The notes beneath the pieces were generated by a model. The model had not been told where the DNA came from. It saw only the letters and a list, made by a program, of their open reading frames with translations, and did not search any database. Positions 41,671-51,278 of a DNA stretch of 64,000 nt are shown here, one piece after another. Made by a program: the position numbers and the translations under genes. Location of the stretch: contig JAXGNU010000001.1 of the NCBI GenBank assembly GCA_040767805.1, positions 160,001 to 224,000 on the forward strand. The letters are read 5' to 3'. Each line of letters begins with the position of its first letter. Positions within the stretch are counted from its first letter, which is position 1. The DNA is from Thermovirgaceae bacterium. GTDB taxonomy: Bacteria > Synergistota > Synergistia > Synergistales > Thermovirgaceae.

Positions 41671-41681
41671 CCGTCATTTTA

Positions 41682-41758
41682 TGGCGCGCCGGACAGGAGT
41701 CGAACCCGTAACCTTCGGATCCGTAGTCCGATGCTCTATCCAATTGAGCTACCGGCGC
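41682..41758 (-). tRNA. tRNA-Arg (ACG)
   Basis: 77-nt cloverleaf GCGCCGGTAGCTCAATTGGATAGAGC...CT-ACG-GA...GGTTCGACTCC...CCA. Confidence 0.96.
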
Positions 41759-41776
41759 GCGAAACGTGAAACCATT

Positions 41777-41870
41777 TGGCGGTGGGACAGGGATTCGAAC
41801 CCTGGAGAGAGGTTTAAGCCCCCCTACTCGCTTAGCAGGCGAGTGCCTTCAGCCGCTCGGCCATCCCACC
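41777..41870 (-). tRNA. tRNA-Ser (GCU)
   Basis: 94 nt, long variable arm, CT-GCT-AA anticodon loop, GGTTCGAATCC, GCCA end. Confidence 0.96.
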
Positions 41871-41891
41871 CTGTGCGTTTACGCGCGGTCT

Positions 41892-41920
41892 ATTCTAGGC
41901 ACCCCCGGGAGGAGTGTCAA
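41892..41920 (-). promoter_or_regulatory. Sigma70 promoter of the tRNA-Ser/tRNA-Arg operon
   Basis: TTGACA-17 nt-TAGAAT followed by a GC-rich discriminator. Confidence 0.8.
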
Positions 41921-41925
41921 GAAAA

Positions 41926-43355
41926 CGAGTTGCCTCACCTAAAATCTAGACGAAAGCGATACGTTGCCTCACCTAAGAATCTAGCCGAAGGGTATAGCAT
42001 CTTCCTTCAAGGGGCATGACCCTGGAGGAAGGGGGAAGGACGGGTGAGGCTTTCGATGGGTGCGAGGAGGGAAGTGATCGTCCAGGCTTCTGACGAGTAC
42101 CGCAGGGCGTCGAAGAAGGAGAAGGGCCTGATATTGGACCGTGTTACCGCCACGACGGGCTACAACCGGGACTACGCCTCCCATCTTCTCTGCCTCTTCG
42201 GCCGGCGCCTATACCTTGGGGGCGGCAGGGGTGCCTCCCTGATCCTGCAAGCCGACAGAAAGGGCCATAAGGCCCGTGGGAAAAGGAAGAGGCCTAGGAC
42301 CTATGACAGTGAAGCGGCCGCTGTATTGGCTTCGCTTTGGAAGATGATGGACTACATCTGCGGCAAGAGGCTTGCCGCTGCCATTCCATGGCTGGTCCCT
42401 AAACTTGAGGCGACGAGGGATCTCACCCTCTCCGGAGAGACCAGGGACAAGGTCATGTCCATTTCCGCCGCCACCATCGACCGCATCCTGGCGGACCGGA
42501 AGAGGAAACTGCGCTTGAGGGAGCGTTCTTCCACGAAGCCCGGGACTTTGCTCAAGCACAAGATACCGATACGCACCTTCGCCGACTGGGACGAAAAGAG
42601 ACCGGGTTTCGCCGAGATAGACCTGGTTTCCCATGAGGGGGGAACGCCAAAGGAGAATTTGCCTTCACCCTGGACGTCACCGACGTGGCTTCAGGGTGGA
42701 CCGAACTGAGGGCCGTCAAGAACAGGGCCAGGCTCTGGACCCTGGAAGCCCTGAAATCCATCAGGGAGCGCCTGCCCTTCCCTCTGCAGGGCATAGATTC
42801 CGACAATGACTCGACCTTCATAAACTGCCACCTGCAGGGGTACTGCGAGGAGGAGAGGATAACCTTTACCAGGTCCAGGGCTGGCAACAAGAACGATAAC
42901 TGCTACGTGGAACAGAAGAACTGGTCCGTCGTCAGGAGGGTGGCCGGCTATGCCAGGTACGACACGGACGAAGAGGTGAAAGCTCTCAACGACCTCTATG
43001 ACGTTTACAGGCTTTACGTTAACTTCTTCCTCCCTTCGGCGAAGCTGATATCGAAGACGAGGACCGGAGCGAAGGTCAAAAAGAGCTACGACACGCCCAA
43101 AACACCCTGTCAGCGTCTGCTGGACTCTGATCACGTCGCGGAAGAGGTAAAATCCAACCTGAGGGGGCAGTTCGACTCACTCAACCTGGCGGACTTGAAG
43201 AAAGAGGTGGACCGGCTCAAGGCCAGGCTCAACAGGGCCTTTGCGAGTAAGAACAAGGGTCTCCCCGGAAAGGAGACCGATCCCGGTAGGGTCGCTTAGA
43301 TTTCTTCGTGAGGCAGCGAAGGACTTTCACTTAGATTCTTATATGAGGCAACAGG
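41926..43355 (+). mobile_element. ISNCY-like insertion sequence (integrase-core DDE transposase), about 1430 bp
   Basis: Two copies of GTTGCCTCAnnTAA(G)AATCTA at the left end, two inverted copies at the right end; candidate 5-bp target duplication GAAAA (41921-41925, 43356-43360); exact ends inferred. Confidence 0.8.
42044..43299 (+). pseudogene. Integrase-core (rve-like) transposase, frameshifted at the G6 run 42637-42642
   Basis: YRRASKKEKG.ILD, SAATIDR, EIDLV.H in ORF1; SGWTE, IDSDN, RSR...KNDN..VEQKN in ORF2; adding one base gives HEGGNAKGEFAFTLDVTDVASGW. Confidence 0.85.
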
Positions 43356-43376
43356 GAAAAAAGCCCCCCTCCTCCG

Positions 43377-44459
43377 TCATTCCCCGGGGGATTCCTCCCC
43401 TCCCCCCTCGGGGGACGGTCCCTCCTCGGGGGCCCCTTCCCCCTCGTCACCCGCCGGGGCCGGCACCTCGAAGAACTCCGGGGCCAGTACCTGGATGCCG
43501 GCCTCGGCGATCAACCCCTGCAAGTACTCGGCCTGGCCGGCCCGCCTCTTCTGGTAGGCGACCATCTCCCTGGCGTCGGCGCTGGTCTCTTCGAAGGGGA
43601 CGATCTTCTCCTCCAGTTTCTTCTCCTTGATGACGATGACCACGTTCCCCTCACCCAGGGTCAGCGCCTTTGAGACCTTGCCGAGGGGCGTGTCGGCTAT
43701 ACCCTTCAGGTCGCCCTCGGTGAACTCCCTTTCGGCGACGAAGGCGGGTTCCCCCGAGGGGGTGAAATCCAGGACGGCGCCCTCGCCGCCCTTTATGACA
43801 TCGTCCCACTTGCCGCCACCGGCCAGCGCCTTCCGGGCCTCTTCGGCCTTGCCCTCTTCGCTGAAGCGGGCGTAAAGGACGTTGTACCCGGCGGGGTGGC
43901 GGAAGTAGGCCTCCTTGGCCTGGTCGTAGAAGGCGCGGGCCTCCTCGTCGGTGACCTCCGCCCGGGGGGTGTTGGCCTCGAGGACCATCTGCTGGGCCAG
44001 CTGGGCGGCGATGCGCTCCTGGAGGGCCTTCATCTTGATGCCGCTGCTGTCCATGTACTGCTGGAAGGCTTCCTTAGTCGGGAACTGCTTCTCGATCCGC
44101 TTAAGGGCGGCGTCGATGTCCTCCCGGGAGGGCTCGATCTTCTGCCTGGCCGCTTCCTTTTCGAGCATGTGTCCCAGGGCTATGTTGTGCAGGACCTGGT
44201 TACGCATGAGGACGATGGACTCGGGCGAAAGGTCCGACTGCCCCGTCTGCTGGACGAAATCCCTCACCCCGGCGGCCACCTGGGAAGCCATGACCTTTTC
44301 GCCGTCCACGACGGCCACGGCGAAGTCCCTCTCGCCCCCGGGGTGGTGGGAGGGGCCGCCGCCCCTGGTTATGTACATGGCGAATAGGGAGACCACGAAG
44401 ACCACGACCACCACGAGCATGATCGCGCGGGTTTTTGTCCTGAGAGCCTGCATTATCAC
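43377..44459 (-). CDS. SurA/PpiD-like membrane-anchored periplasmic chaperone (degenerate parvulin domain)
   Basis: N-terminal TM helix, VAVVDGEKV, SurA-N-like helical core, EVTDEEARAFY. Confidence 0.75.
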   Translation of the reverse strand: MIMQALRTKTRAIMLVVVVVFVVSLFAMYITRGGGPSHHPGGERDFAVAVVDGEKVMASQVAAGVRDFVQQTGQSDLSPESIVLMRNQVLHNIALGHMLEKEAARQKIEPSREDIDAALKRIEKQFPTKEAFQQYMDSSGIKMKALQERIAAQLAQQMVLEANTPRAEVTDEEARAFYDQAKEAYFRHPAGYNVLYARFSEEGKAEEARKALAGGGKWDDVIKGGEGAVLDFTPSGEPAFVAEREFTEGDLKGIADTPLGKVSKALTLGEGNVVIVIKEKKLEEKIVPFEETSADAREMVAYQKRRAGQAEYLQGLIAEAGIQVLAPEFFEVPAPAGDEGEGAPEEGPSPEGGGEESPGE

Positions 44460-44521
44460 GTTATATCTTCCTCCTTAAGCCTTGGGGCGGGACATTTATT
44501 GTGAATTTCGCAGCGTGTCCA

Positions 44522-44550
44522 ATGATACGTTCCCTTCCCGGAGCTGTCAA
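44522..44550 (-). promoter_or_regulatory. Sigma70 promoter of the SurA-like gene
   Basis: TTGACA-17 nt-TATCAT on the minus strand. Confidence 0.7.
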
Positions 44551-44562
44551 AGGCTTTTTTTC

Positions 44563-47094
44563 TCATATATCCTCGAAGGTGGCGCCGCCCTTGACGTGGA
44601 CGGCCAGGGGGACCGACAGGTCGGCGGCCCCTTCCATGGACTCCCGGAGCAGCGCCGTCACGGCCTCCTCCTGGCCGGGGCGGCATTCCACCACCAGCGA
44701 GTCGTGCACCTGGAGCACCAGCGGGGCCTCCAGCCCCGCCCGGGCGGCGGAACGATGGTAGCGCACCATGGCCATCCTGGCAATGTCGGCGGCGGTGCCC
44801 TGGAGGGGCGTGTTGACGGCCACCCTTTCCAGGGCGCCCGGCCCCCTCCCCTCCACGGTGGAGACCTCCGAGAGGGGGCGTATCCTCCCGAAGAGGGTCT
44901 TCGTGTAACCCCGCTCCTTGGCGTCGCGGGCCGCGCTCTCCATGTAATCCTTGACCCTGGGGAAGGCGGCGAAGTATCGGCCGATGACCGCCGCCGCCTC
45001 CTCACGGCCTATGCCCATCCTCTGGGAGAGGCCGTGGACGCCCATGCCGTAGAGGAGGCCGAAGTTGACCACCTTGGCCATCCTCCGGTGCTCGGGGGTG
45101 ACCTCGCCGTTGCCGCCGAAGATCCAGAAGGCCGTCTCGGCGTGGATGTCGCGCCCCTGGGCGAAGGCCTCCTTGAGGCGCTCCTCGCCGCAAATATGGG
45201 CGAGGACCCTCAGTTCCACCTGGGAGTAGTCGGCCGCCAGGAACCGGTTGCCCTCGCCGCGGGGCTTCAGGGCCCGGCGGAGCCTGCCCGCCCAGGCGCC
45301 GAAGGTGGGCACGTTCTGGAGGTTGGGGTCCCGGCTGCTGAGGCGGCCCGTCCCGGTGGCGGTATGTTCGAAGGTGGTGTGGACGCTCCCGGTGACGGGG
45401 TCGGTCTGGCGCAGAAGGGGCTGGATGAAACCGGAGATGACCTTGGCGATCTCCCGGTACTCCAGCAGCATCTTGGGGACCCCGTCGTCGCCCAGGGGTA
45501 GGGCCGCCAGTTCCTCCAGGACCGAGACGTCGGTGGAAAAGCCCGTTTTTATCTTCTTCACCGGCGGATAGCCCAATTTTTCAAAGAGGAGCCAGGCGAC
45601 CTGCTTCGTGGAGTTGAGGTTCACGTGGTCGCCGACCAGGTTGTCTATCTGGATGGATATCTCGCCGGTGCGGCGGTCGAGTTCCTCCTCGAGGTCCGAA
45701 AGCTGCCCCTTGTCCACCCGGACGCCGCGCCTCTCCATGGAGGCCAGGACCTGGCAGAGGGGTGTGTCGATGTCGGCCATCACCCTTCCCAGGCCCAGGG
45801 AGAGGACCTGGGGCTTTAGCCTTTCCCGAACCTCCCAGAGGGCCATGGTCTCCTCCGGCGAGGGGCCGAAGGACGACCGGTCCTTTACCTCCGGGTGCAG
45901 GGCGTAGTGCGCCAGGCGCGCGTCCCAGACCCTTCCCGGCTCCGGCAGGAGTGACGGAGCCGCGGCGCAAAGTTCCTTGTAGCCGCCCGTGATGACCAGG
46001 CCTCCCCGGGCCCACCGCGCCAGTTTTTCGAGGGCCGGGCCGTCGGCGGCGCCCCTCCAGAAGCGGCCGTCGGCGGAGCAGAGGCACAACTCCTGGATGG
46101 AGTAGTCCTGGGGGTAATCGCCCCCCCCGGACCACCCGAGGGCAAGTTCCTCCCCGGAGAGCAGTTCCTCCAGGGTTCCCTCGCGAAGGTCGACCGGGGC
46201 CTTTGGGGCCGACGATGCCGGCCCCGCCGGGGGCGCCCCCCCGAGGAGCCGCTGGGCCAGGCTTTTCAAGGCGTAACGCCCGAAAAAGGCGCCCAGTTCC
46301 TCCCTCTTCATCTCACCCCGGTGTAGGTCCCCTTCGTCCAGGGGCTCGTCGAGGCGGAGCCTGGTGAGCTCCCGGCTGGAGAAGGCCGTCTCCCTGCCCT
46401 CCTCCAGTTTTTTCCGGAGGCCCGGCTTCATCCCCTCGAGGCGCCCGTAGATGCCCTCCAGGGAGCCGTGTTCGGCCAGGAGGGCTCTGGCGGTTTTGTC
46501 GCCGACGCCCTTTATGCCGGGGATGTTGTCCACGCTGTCGCCCACCATGGCCAGGTAGTCGGCCATGGCGGAGGGGTCGAAGCCGTAGTCGCCGCGGAAG
46601 CTCTCGGGGTCCCAGAGGCGGAACTCGCTGACGCCCTTGACGGGCCGCATCACCTGCAGGTTTTCCCCCAGGACCTGGAGGATATCCTTGTCGGCCGTGA
46701 GGACGACCACGCGGTAACCCTTTTCGGCGGCCGAGCGGGCCGTGGAGGCTATGACGTCGTCGGCCTCGACGCCGGCCCTTTCCACCACGGAAAGGCCGAG
46801 GTCCCGGGAAAACTCCTTGATGAGGGGCACCTGGGCCTTGAATTCCTCCGGTGTCGGCTGCCGCCCCTCCTTGTAGGCCTCGAAGGCCTCGTGCCGGAAG
46901 GTGGGCCCCGGCGCGTCGAAGACGACGGCGGCGAGGTCGGGCTTAAGTTCCTCCAGGGTCCTGAGGAGCATGTTGGCGTATCCCAGGAGGGCGTTGGTGG
47001 GGGTGCCGTCGGGCGCGTTCAGTTCGGGCAGGGCGAAGAAAGCCCTGAAGGCGAGCCCGTGGCCGTCCACGAGAAGAACCGTCCTTTCCGGCAT
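44563..47094 (-). CDS. polA: DNA polymerase I
   Basis: 5' nuclease LVDG..LAFRAF, EADD, GD..DNIPG; polymerase TGRLSS.DPNLQN, DYSQVELR, KVVNFG..YG, QVHD. Confidence 0.95.
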   Translation of the reverse strand: MPERTVLLVDGHGLAFRAFFALPELNAPDGTPTNALLGYANMLLRTLEELKPDLAAVVFDAPGPTFRHEAFEAYKEGRQPTPEEFKAQVPLIKEFSRDLGLSVVERAGVEADDVIASTARSAAEKGYRVVVLTADKDILQVLGENLQVMRPVKGVSEFRLWDPESFRGDYGFDPSAMADYLAMVGDSVDNIPGIKGVGDKTARALLAEHGSLEGIYGRLEGMKPGLRKKLEEGRETAFSSRELTRLRLDEPLDEGDLHRGEMKREELGAFFGRYALKSLAQRLLGGAPPAGPASSAPKAPVDLREGTLEELLSGEELALGWSGGGDYPQDYSIQELCLCSADGRFWRGAADGPALEKLARWARGGLVITGGYKELCAAAPSLLPEPGRVWDARLAHYALHPEVKDRSSFGPSPEETMALWEVRERLKPQVLSLGLGRVMADIDTPLCQVLASMERRGVRVDKGQLSDLEEELDRRTGEISIQIDNLVGDHVNLNSTKQVAWLLFEKLGYPPVKKIKTGFSTDVSVLEELAALPLGDDGVPKMLLEYREIAKVISGFIQPLLRQTDPVTGSVHTTFEHTATGTGRLSSRDPNLQNVPTFGAWAGRLRRALKPRGEGNRFLAADYSQVELRVLAHICGEERLKEAFAQGRDIHAETAFWIFGGNGEVTPEHRRMAKVVNFGLLYGMGVHGLSQRMGIGREEAAAVIGRYFAAFPRVKDYMESAARDAKERGYTKTLFGRIRPLSEVSTVEGRGPGALERVAVNTPLQGTAADIARMAMVRYHRSAARAGLEAPLVLQVHDSLVVECRPGQEEAVTALLRESMEGAADLSVPLAVHVKGGATFEDI

Positions 47095-47189
47095 TTGCGG
47101 CATCTCCTTCGTCAGGGTTATTTGGGGTATACTGCTGTTCGACTCCAATGCTACCGGATAGGATACCACCAGGGAAGGATGAACGGGAA

Positions 47190-48503
47190 ATGACTCCGAC
47201 CACAAGGGTACGCTTCGCTCCCAGCCCCACGGGGGCCCTCCACATCGGCGGGGCCCACACGGCCCTCTTCAACTGGCTCTGGGCCCGCCACAACGGCGGG
47301 TCCTTCATCCTGCGCATCGAGGACACGGACCTGGCCCGCTCCACCGAGGAGCACGAGAGGACGATACTCCAGGGGCTGGGCTGGCTGGGGCTCGACTGGG
47401 ACGAGGGCCCCGACGTGGGCGGGAGCCACGGCCCTTACAGGCAGTCCGAGAGAAGGGAGATCTACCTCCGCCACGCCCACGACCTCGTGAGGTCGGGGCA
47501 GGCCTACTGCGAGGGCGAGGCTGTCATCTTCTCCGTCCCCAGGGGTAGGACGGTGGCCTTCGACGACGTCGTCTACGGGCACATCGAGATGGAAAGCGAC
47601 ACCCTGAAGGACATCGTCCTTATAAAGAGCGACGGTTTCCCCACCTACAACTACGCCGTCGTCGTCGACGACCACCTGATGGATATAACATACGTGGTCA
47701 GGGGCGAGGACCATATCTCGAACACGCCGAAGCAGATCCTCCTCTACCAGGCCCTGGGCTGGGAGACGCCCCTCTTCGCCCACCTGCCGATGATCCTCGG
47801 TCGGGACAAGAAGAAACTATCCAAGAGGCACGGCGCCACCGGCGTCTACGAGTACCGCGACATGGGCTACCACCCCGACGCGCTCTTCAACTACTTCGCG
47901 CTGCTGGGGTGGAACCCCGGGGACGACCGGGAGATCTTCACCCGGGGGGAGGCCGTGAGGATGTTCGACCTGTCGAAGGTGACAAAGAAGGCGGCCGTCT
48001 TCGACATGGACAAGCTGAACCACGTGAACCAGGCCCACATCGCCATGATGCCGCCCCTGGAGAGGGCCCGGCACACCTTCCCCTTCTGGGAGGAGGCGGG
48101 CCTGGACCCGGGATCGCGGAGCGAGGAGTGGCTGGCGGGGGCCCTGGACCTCCTGGAGGGGCGGGGCCGGACCTTCCGGGAACTGGCGGAGTACACCGAC
48201 TACTTCCTCTCCTTCGAGGCGGTGAAAAGGCGCTGGAGCGGGGAAGATATCGACGGGGAACGCAGTGGGGCCCTCAAGGGTTTCTTCACCGCCATGCTTT
48301 CCTTCCCCTCTTGGAAGCCGGAGGAACTGGAAGTGATGGCCAAGGCCTGGTGCGAGGGGAAGGGGATGAAGATGAAGGACGTGGCCATGCCGCTCCGGTG
48401 GGCCCTTACGGGCCGCAGGGTGAGTCCGGGGGTATTCCACGTGGCCGCCTTCCTGGGCAGGGACGAGGTCAAAAAAAGGCTCTCCCACTACGGCCTGGCC
48501 TAG
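47190..48503 (+). CDS. gltX: Glutamate--tRNA ligase
   Basis: RFAPSPTG.LHIGG, RIEDTD, RGEDH, KLSKR. Confidence 0.95.
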   Translation: MTPTTRVRFAPSPTGALHIGGAHTALFNWLWARHNGGSFILRIEDTDLARSTEEHERTILQGLGWLGLDWDEGPDVGGSHGPYRQSERREIYLRHAHDLVRSGQAYCEGEAVIFSVPRGRTVAFDDVVYGHIEMESDTLKDIVLIKSDGFPTYNYAVVVDDHLMDITYVVRGEDHISNTPKQILLYQALGWETPLFAHLPMILGRDKKKLSKRHGATGVYEYRDMGYHPDALFNYFALLGWNPGDDREIFTRGEAVRMFDLSKVTKKAAVFDMDKLNHVNQAHIAMMPPLERARHTFPFWEEAGLDPGSRSEEWLAGALDLLEGRGRTFRELAEYTDYFLSFEAVKRRWSGEDIDGERSGALKGFFTAMLSFPSWKPEELEVMAKAWCEGKGMKMKDVAMPLRWALTGRRVSPGVFHVAAFLGRDEVKKRLSHYGLA

Positions 48504-48527
48504 CGGCCCTCTTGCGGGACCGCTTCT

Positions 48528-49556
48528 TTAGTACTTCCTGAGGAACTTGCCCAGGACCCTCCCCGGGTCCGAGGGGTAGGCCATGAGGGCGAAGCAGCCC
48601 AGGGCGTGGATGAACTCCACGGGATAGTCCATCTGGCCCCAGACCTCGAAGCCCCTCTGGGAGAGGTAGGCCATGCCCACGTCGTGATAGGCGCCCGGGT
48701 CCTTCACGTCGCCTTCGGCCTGGCTGCAGGCTATGACCAGGGGTTTGGCCCCTTCGGGGTAAGCGGCCGCCACCTCCTCGAGAAGGACCGTGGGGGCGTT
48801 TCCCGCCCCGAAACCCAACAGGGCCAGGATCTTCTCGTCGCCCGCCGGGGGCGGGGCCGAACCCGGCGAGACGAAGAGCCACCGGATGCCCTTCCCCGAC
48901 CGCCGTGCCTCGTCGGGGGTCATGGCCAGGATCTTTTTGAGGGGTTCGGGGGTCCTCCCCCTGGGATGGGGCGTTTCGGCTATCTCTCCGCCCCTCGCCC
49001 ACTCCGGCGCGAAGTAAAGGGGCATCCCCCCCACGGGGATGAAGGCGTCGGGGTGCTGCGCCCTCGCCTTGTGGGCCCTGTTGCCCTGGATCAGTTTCCA
49101 GTTGCAGTAGATCCAGACCCCCGTCAGGTCGGAACAGACCACCTGGGCGGCCCCCCGCAGGTTCACCGTGACGTCCTCGGGGGTGTAGTCCAGGGTCAGT
49201 TGGCTGCCGGTGAGGACCACCGGTATGCCGACGCCGGAGAAGCAGAGGCTGAGCCAGGCCGCCGAGTGGGCCATGGTGTCGGTGCCGTGGAGGATGAGGA
49301 CCCCGTCAACGCCCTCCCTCACGGCCCCGTCGATGGCCCGGGTCATCTCCAGCCAGTGGCCGGGGTCGAGGTTCGAACTGTCAAGCCCCGGTATCCCCCA
49401 GGGCTCGAGGCATTCCACCTCCTTGTTCTTCCCTGCGAAGAAGGAGGAGATGCTCTCGTGCAGGGCCCTCGAGGCCGAGGCGTCGGGACCCTTCCTCTCG
49501 CCCAGGAAGGCGCTGGCGATGGTGCCCCCGGTGAAGATCACGAGTACCTTTCCCAT
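48528..49556 (-). CDS. L-asparaginase (type I-like, divergent C-terminal half)
   Basis: TGGTIA, DSS, HGTDTM, TGSQ. Confidence 0.8.
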   Translation of the reverse strand: MGKVLVIFTGGTIASAFLGERKGPDASASRALHESISSFFAGKNKEVECLEPWGIPGLDSSNLDPGHWLEMTRAIDGAVREGVDGVLILHGTDTMAHSAAWLSLCFSGVGIPVVLTGSQLTLDYTPEDVTVNLRGAAQVVCSDLTGVWIYCNWKLIQGNRAHKARAQHPDAFIPVGGMPLYFAPEWARGGEIAETPHPRGRTPEPLKKILAMTPDEARRSGKGIRWLFVSPGSAPPPAGDEKILALLGFGAGNAPTVLLEEVAAAYPEGAKPLVIACSQAEGDVKDPGAYHDVGMAYLSQRGFEVWGQMDYPVEFIHALGCFALMAYPSDPGRVLGKFLRKY

Positions 49557-49574
49557 GGGGACGCCGCCCTTCCC

Positions 49575-50273
49575 CTACCTGGGGCTGATGGCCTTGACGG
49601 GGCACACCTCCGCGCAGGCCCCGCAGCCTATGCACTTCTCCTCGTCGATGACGTGCTTCTCCCTGGGCGCGCCCGAAATGGCCTGGACGGGGCAGACCTT
49701 GGAGCACTGGGTGCAGCCGATGCACTTGTCGGGGTCGATATGGTACGTGGCCGTCCCAGCATCGACGGCCCCCCCGGCTTCCTTCCCCTCCACGGCGTCT
49801 TCCGCGCCTTTTGAGTCCTCAGCGCCCCCGGTGTCCTTGTCGCCCCCCGTTTTTTCGGCGGCGGGCCTCTTGCCCGAGTCCACCACGACCTCCTTCTTGC
49901 GCTCGTAGGAGGCGAAGGCGAACTCGTCGGTCATCCAGATGCACTGCACGGGGCATATTTCGGTGCATTGGGCGCAGAAGCAGCAGCGGTCCATGTGGAA
50001 GAGGACCTTTTTCTCCTCCTCCAGGTAATCGATGGCGTGGGCCGGGCAGACCTTTATGCAGAGCCGGCAGCCTATGCAGGTCTCCTTGTCGTACCCTATG
50101 CGCCCCCGGAACCCCTCGGGCACCTGGACGGGGTCGTTCAGTTCCAGCTTGCCCTCGGCGGCCGCCTTCAGGGCCTCGGTGAGGCTGTCGGGCATGTGGG
50201 CCACGGGGAAGGGGTTGGTGACCGGGTCCTCGCTCCACTGCCTGAATATCTGGATCATCATCCTGTTGATCAT
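49575..50273 (-). CDS. mbhN: MbhN/NuoI-like Fe-S subunit with an extra C-terminal 2[4Fe-4S] domain
   Basis: FRGRI, four CxxCxxCxxxCP motifs, the last two after a Gly/Ala/Glu/Asp-rich linker. Confidence 0.82.
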   Translation of the reverse strand: MINRMMIQIFRQWSEDPVTNPFPVAHMPDSLTEALKAAAEGKLELNDPVQVPEGFRGRIGYDKETCIGCRLCIKVCPAHAIDYLEEEKKVLFHMDRCCFCAQCTEICPVQCIWMTDEFAFASYERKKEVVVDSGKRPAAEKTGGDKDTGGAEDSKGAEDAVEGKEAGGAVDAGTATYHIDPDKCIGCTQCSKVCPVQAISGAPREKHVIDEEKCIGCGACAEVCPVKAISPR

Positions 50274-50285
50274 TTCAACCCCCCC

Positions 50286-51278
50286 TTAAAGGATCACGTC
50301 GAGGGACAGCAGCACCATCCCGACCAGGGACAGGCCGGCGATGTGGAACCAGTAGAATTGCGAGGCCTGCCATATCTTGAAGCGACCGAAGGCCGTCCTT
50401 ATGGTCGTCACGCCGACGATCTGTAGCAAAAAGACCTTGACCCAGAAGAAGGCGAAGTCCGCCAAGAAAAGGAACGGCCCCTTGAGCCCGAAGCGGAGGC
50501 CGATGGTCCAGGGGAAAAAGAGGGAGACCACCACGGCGCACATGACCAGCGTCCTCAGGGAGAAGGCCAGCTTGAACATGGCCAGGTTGCGGCCGGAGTA
50601 CTCGCAGATGAGCCCCTCGAGGATCTCCGTCTTGGCCTCGGCTATGTCCATGGGCACCTTCCCCACCTCGGCGGGTACCACGGCCATGAGGGCCGCCAGG
50701 AGGCAGACCAGGCCGAAGAGCCCCGTCCAGCCCACGACGCTCCAGACGGGCATGCCCACGAAGGTCTCGAGGCTGAAGGGTTCCCCGGGCATGCCCGTCC
50801 GGTAGGAGAACCAGGCCAGCGTGACGATGACCACCGCCAGGGGGAGTTCGTAACTCATCATGAGGGTCATCTCCCGCTGGGCGCCCACGTTGGCGTAGGT
50901 GGAGCCGCTGGCGAAACCGCCCACGGCCATGGCCACCGCCGACAGGCCCAGCAGGTAGAGGATGAGGATCAGGTCGCCGCTCGCCGCCAGTATCGGGGGG
51001 AGCGAACCCATGGGGACGTAAAGGAGGATCATCATCGCCGCGACGGCCGAGACCCAGGGAGCCCCGTTGAAGGCCCAGGGTATGGCCCTGCGGGGCACTA
51101 TGTTCTCCTTGCCCAGCAACTTCAGGACGTCGAAGAAGGGCTGGAAGACCGGCGGGCCGAGGCGCAGCTGCATCCGGGCGTGGATCACCCTGTCGATCCC
51201 CTCGAAGAGAAGGGAGAGGAGGAGCGCGAAAAACAGCAGGGCCGTTCCCGCGACCACCTTGAATTGAAGAAGGATCAT
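50286..51278 (-). CDS. mbhM: MbhM/NuoH-like membrane subunit
   Basis: GIDRVIHARMQ.R.GPP..QPF.D..KL, GAQRE, P.DIAEA.TEI..G...EYSG. Confidence 0.88.
   Translation of the reverse strand: MILLQFKVVAGTALLFFALLLSLLFEGIDRVIHARMQLRLGPPVFQPFFDVLKLLGKENIVPRRAIPWAFNGAPWVSAVAAMMILLYVPMGSLPPILAASGDLILILYLLGLSAVAMAVGGFASGSTYANVGAQREMTLMMSYELPLAVVIVTLAWFSYRTGMPGEPFSLETFVGMPVWSVVGWTGLFGLVCLLAALMAVVPAEVGKVPMDIAEAKTEILEGLICEYSGRNLAMFKLAFSLRTLVMCAVVVSLFFPWTIGLRFGLKGPFLFLADFAFFWVKVFLLQIVGVTTIRTAFGRFKIWQASQFYWFHIAGLSLVGMVLLSLDVIL

Noticed and set aside
41926..41990. Tandem 22-bp repeats as a possible mini-CRISPR
   Set aside because: Only two copies with a short spacer, mirrored in inverted form at the other transposase end; they are IS end repeats and no cas genes are present
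45850..46250. Degenerate, shortened 3'-5' exonuclease domain of PolA
   Set aside because: Loss of proofreading in Pol I is widespread (e.g. Thermus, Bacillus) and not novel
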